DNA of 63,409 nucleotides, counting the filler, from Reticulomyxa filosa (taxonomy: Eukaryota > Protista > Foraminifera), in assembly GCA_000512085.1 (NCBI GenBank). It is 12 parts of 12 records of this genome, joined end to end, with 100 filler letters (N's around TTAATTAATTAA, not from the genome) between each part and the next. Parts side by side here need not be neighbours in the genome. Positions count along the whole stretch, not along the records: positions 50,886 to 56,137 come from ASPP01000707.1; positions 56,238 to 58,716 come from ASPP01013022.1; positions 58,817 to 62,152 come from ASPP01003469.1; positions 62,253 to 63,409 come from ASPP01009977.1; 8 more parts are not named here. The stretch is one strand, 5' to 3'. Both the position numbers and the translations under genes were made by a program. Shown here in pieces: positions 52,117-63,409 of the stretch. Every line of letters starts with the position of its first letter. Position 1 is the stretch's first letter. Under the pieces are notes generated by a model, which worked only from the letters and a program-made list of their open reading frames with translations, was not told where the DNA came from and searched no databases.

Positions 52117-55100
52117 TTAACTGTATTGTTGCAGTATTTGAATTCCATGAAAACGTCGTGCAACAATAGCAGCAACTATGAAACAAATATCAATAATAAG
52201 AAAAGCATAACCAAGCACATTCTTTATCAAGTAGGAGTGATTACTCAATGCACCGGAAAATGTCCAAATGAGTTGTTGCAATAAAAACGGAATAGTCAAC
52301 ACTGATATTGGGAATGCAGGAACCTCATCAGATAGTTTATAAATACTACTCTTTTCAATGAGATTTTCTTCCCGTGACGTCACGCGTTTTGTTTTTTTGT
52401 TCAACAAGTACTGGAAATTCAAGATATTGGATACAATTGTCATGGCAAACAGCGGTACAATCAACGGACAAAATAATCCTAACAAAATTACCAGCTCTAC
52501 ATTAACAAACAACCCCACAGTTTCAAAGTTTAATTTATTTGATCCAGCCAAGAATTTCAATGATTCACATTGAAATAAAAATGCACGAATGTTGGCCAAG
52601 CAAATCCATGGCAGAAATATGTTAATTGCCATCTTGGCTACCATCAAATTTCCCCATTTCTCCAGAATTTCACGAACACATGTACCTGGGAATACACATT
52701 TTATCACACAAAAAAAAAAAATGTTTTTGATCTGTCAATTATATTGTGTTATTGTTTGTGAAATATTTGAATCATAACCAAATTGAAAGCCTTGATATTG
52801 GCACAAATCACCCCAATTCAGTACTATCACATCTTCGCCTGTGCTCCATGATAACTGCAAGCTGAAATAATCCCAGTTATAACTGACAATAGCATCATTG
52901 TGATCTTTTCCAGCACAAGTCTCCCAATAATTTACCCATTGTCGACCGCAGTTGTTGTAAAAATACGATGCAAATATAAGTGGTATTATAATGCATACTA
53001 ATGTTTGTACAAATAATGCGACATAGCTGTACCATTTTTGGGCTAATTTGCGATTGGTAATACCGACAACATAAAATATAAATTCAATCGCATACATTGC
53101 AAGATTTGGTGCTATCAAAGAATTATGCAGAGATAATGCCAATGACATTATTGCTTGAATGGCATAAACTAATTTTGAAGATATGTGTAATGTGTTATTA
53201 TCTGGAAATGATTCAAATGTAAAATACAACATCACAATGGTAATAATTAAAATCCATCCCAGAAATAATAATGCCAAAATTACTCCTTTTTGCCAAGTAA
53301 ATGGATCTATTGCATCATCAAAAGTATCTTCGGTAGTACTTGTTGTAGTGAATGGAGGATTTATAATCCATTGAAGTGCATATATTAAAACAACAACATT
53401 GGATAATAAGATAACGATTATCAATAGAGTTGTATCAATCAATGACAAATCTTCAATGTATGCCAATGAAAAATGAGACAACAAATATCCTTGCTCATAA
53501 TATGTGGTATTCATTAAATAGATTATCACCAAGGAACTGATGACCACGACTGCAAACCAATTATTGAACCAGTTCAATAATACTTTCATCTGTTGGAATC
53601 CAACATGATTTGGAAGCTTTCGAATTTTGAAACATATCATCTTGCTATTACACAATCGTTTGACAATCGAGTATTTTCTTGATTTTCGTAGAGACAAAAA
53701 CAATATGGTAACCATAATAAATCCAATCAATATTATTTCAGCAAAATTACTTCCTTTTGTAATGTACAAGTTTTTTGCACTCCTTTCATCATTTGACACA
53801 TACTTTGGTAATTCCCGCTTTTTGAATACTTGATACCATTCTCTATTTTGTGAAAATCGATTGCCTAGCAAGTATAATCCATTCTCCAATTTGGTGCTGA
53901 TATTAAAAGACAACTGCAGTTCTATTTTTAATTCATTGCATGTAATGTTTTTTTATCTTTTGTAAAATAACGTGTAAGTTCATACAAAAAAAAAAAATAA
54001 ATAAATAAAAATAAACCTGAATCGAGATAGATGATTGTACTGTCGCTTAAATTTTTGACATTCGATGTTTGAATTAAATTACTTGGCATTGCACCAGACA
54101 AACGATTTTGTATTAACGTAGCAAATCCAATGCTTCCTTGAACGTCACTCCATGGCAATACTCCATCAATTGCACATTCATGTGCAAGAAACATTTTCAC
54201 ATTAGTGTTGTACAAGCTGCTTGGAAGGTGTCCTTTCAAATGTGGATTGTCATAAATGGATAATATCTTCAATGCTGGTGCTTTTCGAAATAATTCATCC
54301 AACCTTAGATTATTGTATTTAATTTGAATGTAAAGTCAAGTTATAAACAAATAAAACAGCTTTTTTTTTTTTTTTTGTTTTTGGGAAATACATATACCAA
54401 TTATGCAAATTGTGATCTGAAAATTGATTTATATGCAGTGTCAAGATTGATGTAAAATTCATTTGATTAGGTAATTTCGGTAAGTCTCCACTGAACATAT
54501 TCTTTTCCAAAGATAATATAGTCAATTCATTCCAATTATAAGAATCACCAAATGGAATAGTTCCACTGAACATATTGTTATTGAGTCCAACAACTGCTAA
54601 GAATGGAATTGTATCCAATCGCGGCAACTCACCACTTAGTCTGTTTTAACACAAAGATTTGTTTAAAAGTATAATTTTTAAAAATCAAATCAAATTGTAC
54701 TTTTTTTTTTTTTTTGGATAACTTATTGTAACCCAACATCAAATACCGCAAATCGTGCACATTTTCAATTTCTTTTGGTATTGTACCATTCAATTCATTT
54801 TGCTCCAAAATTAAAAATTCCAAGTTATGTAAATTTCCGATTTTTGATGGTATGGTCCCACTCAACTGATTTCGAGACAATTCCAATATAATCAAATTCA
54901 ATGCATTTCCAAGTTCTTCTGGTATTGTACCAGTCAATTTATTTCGATCGAGAAATAAATATATCAAATTATCTAGATTTCCAAGCTCTTTTGGTATTGT
55001 ACCAGAGAGCCTACAAACAAAAAGCAGAGCACAAGTATTCAAATTATCTAAAGAGCTTGGAAAAAGACATACCAATTTTGCTCCAAAAACAAATAGTTAA

Positions 55101-56137
55101 GTTGGGCCAAATTTTCAATTTCTGGTGGAATGGTACCATTTAATCTTTTTGTTTTGTATTTTTGTATAAAAATAAATAAGACAAATTCTTTTTAAAATAT
55201 TTATTTATGTATTTAACTCATTCTGTTCCAAATACAAAAATATTAAATTTGTCAAATTTGCAATTTCTGAAGGTATTGTGCCGGTCAAGCTAGTCAATTT
55301 CATTGCAAAAGTATATCTATTTTGTAATTTGTTTATATTGACAAAATGCAATAGATGTCAAACTCAACTTATTAACACTCAGATCGAACCCTATCAAATT
55401 CGTTAAATTTCCAAACTCTTTGGGTATGGGCCCAGATAATCTTTTTAGATTATTCAAGCAACCATTCATAATTCATTAATTTGGAAATTGTCTTTTGTGT
55501 TGTTTGCAGCATAAAACCAAACTGATTATTATAAAACGAAAAATCTACCAACTTGGTCAAATGACCAATCTCTGGAGGAATCGTACCACTTAGTCTGTAG
55601 TTCTCACAAATTGTACAAATACGTGTTTTATTTTAAAAAATAATTTCTCACTCAATCGCCAATATTTTCAAATAAAAGCAATATCATACGTGGGTATAAA
55701 TATACCATATATATATATATATATATATTCTATATATTTTTTAACTTCATTAAACGCATATACAAAAATTGTAAATTGGTCAAATTTCCAATCTCTGGTG
55801 GTATTGTACCGCTTATTCGTTTTTTTTTTTTTTTTTGAAAAAAGAAAAGAGATAATTATCGTTTACACTCTCAAGTCCAAAACACGTTTTTTTTTTTTTT
55901 TTTTTACATAACTCATTCATTTCTAAAGAAATAGATGTTAAATTGCTTAGATTTCCAATCTCCGGTGGTATTGTGCCAGTCAATTCATTTTCTTCGAGAA
56001 TTAAACATCCCAACCCAACAAGATTCCCAAGTTCTTTTGGTATTGTACCAAAGATCCTATAAACAAAAAGATAACAAAAGATTCAAACTATCCAAAGTAT
56101 TGCGAAAAAAAAAAAAAAAGCTTACTGATTATGGCCC
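52117..56137 (-). CDS. Plant-type LRR ectodomain fused to an approximately 10-11 TM membrane domain, multi-exon, 5'-truncated
   Basis: Repeated LxGTIPxEIGNLxNLxxLxLxxN; exons 56056-55913, 55817-55746, 55594-55523, 55440-55369, 55289-55218, 55144-55073, 55010-54723, 54640-54398, 54303-54017, 53921 to about 52770, and about 52686-52117; hydrophobic segments in the last two exons; no kinase. Confidence 0.88.
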
Positions 56138-56237
56138 NNNNNNNNNNNNNNNNNNNNNNNNNNNNNNNNNNNNNNNNNNNNTTAATTAATTAANNNNNNN
56201 NNNNNNNNNNNNNNNNNNNNNNNNNNNNNNNNNNNNN

Positions 56238-58716
56238 TTAACATTTCAAGAATGGTTTTCTGCTTATTATTTGGTTCATTGCTTATATCAACCAATTAAA
56301 TCAAATGATCACAAACAAGTTTTGATTAATGAGCAACTCAATCCCAAATATTCAATGATTATTCCATTTATGGCTGGAATATTGTATGATTTTATTGAAA
56401 ATAAAAAAGATCCTGATGGATCTGGTTTATTATCTTTTTGGAAATTATTACATTTTTCATCATTTTGTCAACTATCTCCCGTTCATCAAATGATATTAAA
56501 TATGCGTTGTCTGGATGTTTGCAAAGCAGATGCAGAGAGTAAATTTCTTTCATCTCAACTTCGAAATTGTCACAAGAATCTCATTAATTCATTCAAATCA
56601 TTTCTTATTGCTTGGATCAATTTTGACGAAAACATAGGTGATAAAGGATGCAAAATTATGTGTGACTCCTTCGATAGAGTGATAAAACCGCATTTATCCA
56701 ATTTGCAAGATATTCTCGCCCGTCCGGATATCTGGTTATGTTTCATAAATAAAAAAAAATTGGACAAATTAAATCAAACAGTTATACGACGACATCGAAT
56801 GATATTTATGGATATACTGGAAGCAATAGCATCGAAAATGAGTGAAATGCAAATGGATGATGCTCTTGAATTTTTATTGGATAAACTTCATGACGAAAAT
56901 GAGTATATCCATGGAAAATGCGTCCAATTAATTGAAAAAATATCGTGGAAAATGAATGAAAAACAATTGGGTGATACCTTTTAAATTTTTGATAGGCATA
57001 TCTAACAATAAAGTTCATATTTGCCATTTATGTGCAAAGACAATTCCAGCACTTGTAGTAAAATTAGATAAAAAACAAATGGACTATGCTTTAAAATATA
57101 TAGTTTCAAAATTAAACACTGATGATAAGGATCCTTTTAATTTGTGGGCAATGGTACTTGAAACAATTTTAATGATATTGAATAAGGAACAATTAGATAA
57201 AGTTTTCAAATCTTTGTTGAATCCATTAAAGAGTAAAAATAAATCATCTTGCCAGCCACTTGCAGACCTAATTGAAAGAATTTTACTGAAATTGAATGAA
57301 AAACAACAGAATAATATATTTCAATGGTTGGTAGATGGATTGCAAGATAAACAAAATGTTGGTCATCAATACTGTGTACACTTAATTAAAATACTTTTGA
57401 AGAAATGGAATAAAGAACAATTGAGTGTCGCTTTCAAGTATTTTATGGACAAATTACTCAACAGTGTAAACGGAAATGTGTATTGGTTACACTGGGGATT
57501 ATATCAAATTTCAGTGAAATTGAATAACACGTACTCAGATCTCACTTTCAAATATTTGATGGAAGGTTTACGATATAAGAGACAATGTACTCGCAAATTG
57601 TGTATCGATCTGCTGATAACGATACCAACAAAATGGAACCAAGAACAATTAAATGATTTTTTTATACATTTGCTAAAGAATGCATCCAAATACAAGAATG
57701 AACATGTTCGTTATTCATGTGCACAAGCAATTCAAAAATTATTACTATTGCAATTGAAATGGAATGAAAAACAATTGAGCGATGATGTCTTCAATTATTT
57801 GATGAATGGATTCAAAAATGATCCAAGTAAAAATATCCAATATTCATGTGCAGAATCAATTGGAAAAATATCAGTGAAATTAAATGAAAAACAATTGAGT
57901 ATTGCTTGGGAATGTTTGAAGAATAGATTAAATGATAAAAACGAAGATATCTTGGTTCGAATGTCATGTGCAGAATCTCTTGGAAGAATAGCAATGAAAT
58001 TGAATAAACAACAATTGAAAGATACTTTGGAATGTCTAATGAATGGAATAAATGATGATAATGAAAATACATTTGTGCAGAAATATTGTGCATATTCACT
58101 TGAAAGAGCTGTATTAAAATTAAATAAACGAGGTGTAAATGAATTTGCTCATAAGTTATCTATTCAATCACTTGAAATGATATTAATAAAATACAAAGAA
58201 AAAAAAATCGATAATATAATCTCCTGTTTGATTGATGGACTTAAAAATGAAGACAAAGATATTTACCATTACTATGTAGAATCACTTGCAAATCTTTTAA
58301 CAAAGTTAAATAAAAAACAATTGAATACTGAAAATTGTTATTATGAAGAAACACTTCGAAGAATAGCACTGAGATTAAATGAAACACGATTGAATAATTT
58401 GCACCAATGGTTAATAAAAGGTTACAAGGACAAAGACAAACAACTTCAGAACTCATGTTTAAAAATACTTGACACAATATCATCGAAGTTGAATGATCAA
58501 CAACTAGACAACATAATCCAATTTTTAAAATCTGGATTCAGTAGTACTGATTACAGTATTCGAAATTCATGTGAAAAAATACTTCAAATAATATCAAAGA
58601 ACTTGAGTAAACAACAAGTGGATGATACAGTTGAATTTTTGTTGAGTGGAATTAGTGACAAATATGAAAAAGTTCGTGCCTCATGTGCGAAAGGACTTGA
58701 AATGATAGCATTGAGA
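56238..58716 (+). CDS. NACHT-associated winged helix/HD2 followed by HEAT/ARM repeats (NLR-like STAND protein), truncated at both ends, with a T-run frameshift at 56979-56982
   Basis: Contig opens with LTFQEWFSAYYL (NACHT FxHxxFQExxAA motif), then PKYSMIIPFMAGIL; ~40-aa repeats such as VRMSCAESLGRIAMKLNKQQL. Confidence 0.8.
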
Positions 58717-61109
58717 NNNNNNNNNNNNNNNNNNNNNNNNNNNNNNNNNNNNNNNNNNNNTTAATTAATTAANNNNNNNNNNNNNNNNNNNNNNNNNNNN
58801 NNNNNNNNNNNNNNNNGCTTGATTGGAGGAAATGTTAATTTATGTTTGAGACTTAGTTTCTGTGTTAGCACGTGCAGAAACTTTAAATATTCGAGTCAAT
58901 GTTTCAAAGTCTCTTAGTTTTCGACGAGTTATTTGTTTCTTTTTTCGTTTATTTCCTTTTTTATTTGATAGAATTAGCTTGTTTATTAGGTAATGTGGAA
59001 GTTGAATGTATTGTTTTAATATTTTCATTTATCTCCTTCATTTGTGATTTTATCATTTTCAATGCTTATATTTTATAAATTAACTAAATTTGCTTACAAA
59101 AAAAAAGACAGCAATTGTTACCACTAATCAATTTGAAATCACATAACAAACAAATATTTTTAAAAAACTGTTTGTAAATTAGAAAGAAAACAAAACAATT
59201 TTAATATCTTCTTTTCAAAGGTAATTGAATCAATAAACAATCCAATCATTGTAGCGCATGTCCTCTATTACTGATTAAGGATGCACACTGTATTGAAAGC
59301 ATTACTATTTGTTTCCTTTCGTTACAATCTTGATTTAATATTGAAGATATCTTTTTAACTATTAATAACAAAACTTTATCTATTCATCTAATTGTAAAAC
59401 TTCACAAATGCAATTTTGTACATATTTTTTCATTTACTTTTAATTTAGCTGTTAATCTATCAATCCATTTGGATTCAATTTCTTTTTTCATTTGATAAAT
59501 CATTAGATATTAATTAAAAAGTGAGTGTTGCTTCATATTCAAAAACACACTTTTTATTGAGATTAGTAGTTAATGAAACAAAAGGACTGATTTCAAAATG
59601 AAATAAAAAAGAATCTGGAACACAATAATGGTGCAAAAAGTAACATTGAATCCACAGGTACAATAGCTTGTGAGTACTAATGAGAAGAATCTCTTTTGTT
59701 TGTATTTTATTTTGGCTAGTAATTTTGACGACGTACCAAATAACTTGAAAAACATTCCAGTGGGGCTGTTGATGTTGTAAATCTTTAGCAGATACATCTA
59801 ATAATGGAATTATTGCACTTGCCATGATTTTGACTTTTTAACGAGAGTAGCACATTCCTTTTACTACATCCACAAGCTTATGCACTGTGCTTCAAATCAT
59901 TGAAGTCCATGTGGTTAATAAGTGTACATTCAACAGAATGACACCAAAATAGAAAAAACATACAATCTTATCAAAAAATATGGTAATGTGCTTTTGCTGC
60001 TACTTTTTCGAGATAAGGCAAAAGCAACTTAGAAAAACTTTGAATAAAATGGAATTAGAAAGCAAATCCTGTCAACGCTTTGATTGTTGCACACAAATTC
60101 AAAAAGTTCCAATTTGTAGATTTTTCTCTAGATAATAACAATGAAAAAATTTAATATAAAACTGCGTTTGTTTGAGTAAAAACTAAAAATGTATTCCAAA
60201 AGAAAAACTAATATGATTGTTTGAACGGCACGGACATATTCAAAGCTTTTTCATGTTTGATCTTATGAATACTCCAGTGATTGTGTTCTTCAAAGCGTTG
60301 TAAAACTAAGTGAATAATGTTTCAAATGGTCGGGTTGATTGAACGATATATCACTGTCAACATCAAATGTGAGAATCAAAGTGTTGGGATGTTGTTCATA
60401 GCGCAAAGGTCCAATGTATCTTGTCATTGGGCCATAATCCATAAAAATTTGATTAATGCTAATGTTTTGTTGAGGAAGCATTTGTTGTAACGTTTTGGTG
60501 TCTGTCATTGTTTAAAATCGATCATTGTTTTCATTTTTGTTCATATCTTCTTTGTTCTTCACATTAAAGTTTCTCATTATTATATATGATAGTCCTTTGG
60601 TGAATGGTAATAAGATAGCAATGGATTTAATATAGTGTCATTTAACATTTACACTTCAAACGGAATTGCTGTTAATGATATTACCACTCGCTGTTCTTGT
60701 GGATTGTGTGTAGAGTAGAATCATTTGCGAACGAGTGTTGTAATGAAAAATGCCATTATTGCACTGTTTTAATTACTCATTTTGGTCAATCATCTCTGGG
60801 GTTTTAGTTGTCATGCCTTCGCTTGTCGGCGATTGTATACTGCTTGATGCTACCAAAAGGTATATACGAGTACAAGAATTGCTGTTGTCTGCAGGCAAAA
60901 ACTGTCCCATAAACAGTACTGAGCGTAAGAAGTTTGCAAAATACACATGCATTTTTGTAATCGTCTTTGTACAAGGAATCTCTCTTCAAGCGAAGTCTTA
61001 ATGTCGTCATTCGACTGTCTACTTCCAGGATTTGCTTATAACGCCTTCCTCTTTTCTTTTCTGTGAGCAAAGGTCACTGAAGCTGTATTCTTTGTTGTCA
61101 AAAAAGAAG

Positions 61110-61793
61110 CATTATATAAACCAGCATAAAAAAACTTGAACTACATCCCCCCATCCAACACTTTTGGAAATTTTTTTTTGAAAAAAGTACTTTTTTTATA
61201 AAAATTGGCTCAAAAATGACCCACAAATCACAAAAAATGACCCAATTCTGAAAAACTCAAGAACGTCTATCAATCGTCATTTCTCATTTTTAGAAAGAGA
61301 ACATTGATATCACTTTGGCATATACACTATTACATAACCACTTTGTGTATATGCGCATAAGACCGATTGATTGGACTACAATAATAATCTATTTTCCTCC
61401 CTACGTATAATGTTTTTTTCAGCCGGATCAGAATGTGAATTTGCACAATCCATACAATATACATACCACGTTCAAACTCACACATCGTCCAATGTTTTTT
61501 TATATCCTTCAAATCACACTTATGTGATTAATTGGAAATTATCTTTGAAATAACTAGTGTTCGTACGTATTTTTAAAAAATAAAAATTTAATTCTATTGT
61601 TAATGCTTTAATAAATACTTTTTGTCCAAATTTGTTTTGTGATTTTTGCTGTTGTATTGATGCTTTTGCATTTTTTGTCAGTAAAAAATTCTTGATTTTT
61701 TGAAATTAATCAGTTTTTTTCAAAAAAAAACTTTGAAAAGTGTTCGACGGGGGGGGATGTAGTTCAATTTTTTTTATTTTGCTTTTTGTAATG
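61110..61793. mobile_element. MITE-like non-autonomous element with ~80-90 bp imperfect terminal inverted repeats
   Basis: TTGAACTACATCCCCCCATCCAACACTTTTGGAAA (from 61136) is the near reverse complement of TTTGAAAAGTGTTCGACGGGGGGGGATGTAGTTCAA (to 61767); exact ends and TSD unresolved. Confidence 0.7.
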
Positions 61794-62670
61794 TTTGTGT
61801 TTCGAGAACAAACAACAAAGATTTGTTAACTGCTTGCTGTCAAAAATGTTCACTACAACTATGATGTTTTCATTAAGAGTTCTTTTGCACAAAAGACTCT
61901 TTCAAAAAGAAATGAAAGTTATAATCGGACTAACGAACAAATTGATTATATTATTTTGTGCAATCGCCGATAGAATTGTCCAATACTTATATGCTTCGTT
62001 GCTACTTTTTCAATGGCATAATGCATTTGACCGAGTTTTGTATCGAAACAATAATCAATGAAAATAGTAATAATAATGGTGATAAATATTAATATTGGCA
62101 GAATGGCATAAGTCTTTTTTCTTGATAATGCTCAATTTGATCGTCTCATCGANNNNNNNNNNNNNNNNNNNNNNNNNNNNNNNNNNNNNNNNNNNNTTAA
62201 TTAATTAANNNNNNNNNNNNNNNNNNNNNNNNNNNNNNNNNNNNNNNNNNNNAACACAATTATCTCTATAAGGTGGCATTTTAGGTGTCAACTTTCTTTT
62301 TTATCTTACTATACATCAAATTGTGACATGCCAATGAATTCTTAATACTTTTGATAATATAAATGTTATTGAAATATACGAAGACATTTTTATCAATTAT
62401 TTGAAAAAACATTTCTTCATCTAATCACAGTTGGAAAACAAATAGTGATTTGTTTGCTACACTGGAAAGGTTGGATTGCAAAGAAATCAGTTGCAGTATT
62501 GAAAGAAACAGCTTTGTTTACCGTTCAAGCAAATAGAAAAATTTGAATAAAGTTTTGTTATAACTCTGATTTTGACATTAAATACGTTTTTGTAAGTGAT
62601 AGTGTTCATTTTGGACAAGGTAACAAGGGGCAAGATTCAAATTGGTAGATTAATCATGAGCTGGCAATAA

Positions 62671-63380
62671 ATGGTCCTAAAAAAGATGTCAATGGAAATA
62701 GAGAAGGATTGCAAAGTCGACAAGGATGAAAAACGTGATAAACGGATGCTGACCCAAAAGAAGAAAAACAAAAACGCAATGAAAAAAAGCAAAAAACAGA
62801 CGGAAAGGAAGCCAAATTTGATGAATGAGCATAATGATGATCTGCGAGAAGCTCTGATAGATTTGCTGAAAAAAGGCAGCATAGGAAAAGAAGAAATTGT
62901 GGATATGGTCCATGACAGCAGCGTTTTACCACAAGTTAATATGTTCTTCCAAAAAAGCAAACAGTCAGCAATATGACATAATGCACAATGTATGCATCTT
63001 GTCGTTATAAAAACGTCAATGGGATTCCTATTCTTTGAAGTTAGAAGAAAGATTGGACGTAATTCGAGCAGAAGACATAGACACAAGCGAAGACGAGAGT
63101 AGCAGTGAAACGGACAATGATAAAGTGGTATGTTTTTATTTTTATTTTTATGTCAGTCAAAAAAGCAATTTAATTTGTTGATTTTCCAAGCAAATAAGAT
63201 TTTAAAAATCAGTCAATCAACAAAAAAAACAGAACGACGAATATGATCCTTCTATTATCTGTTCTGAAGGCAATGAGTACTGGGACCCACACAATATCGA
63301 ACTGTTGTTTGAAGAGGTATCTGATTTATCTCGAGGAGGTCCTGGTGGTCAATTTACGGAGAGATTCATGATTTCAGTTT
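62671..63380 (+). CDS. Hypothetical multi-exon protein fragment
   Basis: Lys-rich 101-aa ORF plus later exon-like segments; no recognisable motif. Confidence 0.3.
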
Positions 63381-63409
63381 CATTTTTTTTTTTTTTTTTT
63401 TTTTTTTTT

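Noticed and set aside
59600-61070. Possible hAT or other transposase remnants beside the MITE
   Set aside because: Only vague motif similarity across broken frames; not supportable without a profile search

Overview
This window is eukaryotic, not prokaryotic. It is 12 AT-rich contigs joined by an artificial 100-nt spacer (N44-TTAATTAATTAA-N44), so adjacency across spacers carries no meaning. Short introns, poly-A/T tracts, many pseudogenes and the expanded 'GGNGYTICSGS' WD40 family suggest a foraminiferan such as Reticulomyxa filosa (inference only). Recognisable genes: an AKTIP/FTS-like UEV, NOC3, a giant USP9/24/34-type deubiquitinase with Tudor-like, UBL and EF-hand-like modules, a HAD phosphatase, a WWE protein, a GT77-like glycosyltransferase, an AAA+ ATPase, a CUE-PUB-ART-like protein, a RING/TRAF-ZnF-WD40 protein, a NACHT-HEAT (NLR-like) protein and an LRR multipass membrane protein. 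There are also HSP90, PP2A-family and WD40 pseudogenes, a Tc1 relic, solo-LTR-like elements and a MITE-like element. The best candidate for a novel system is the gene at 52117-56137. Its LRR ectodomain is built from same-phase exons that are exact multiples of 72 nt, and it is fused to an approximately 10-11 TM domain with TMC/OSCA-like motifs. It may be a diversifiable LRR-sensor ion channel, and other innate-immune-like architectures occur on other contigs in the window.
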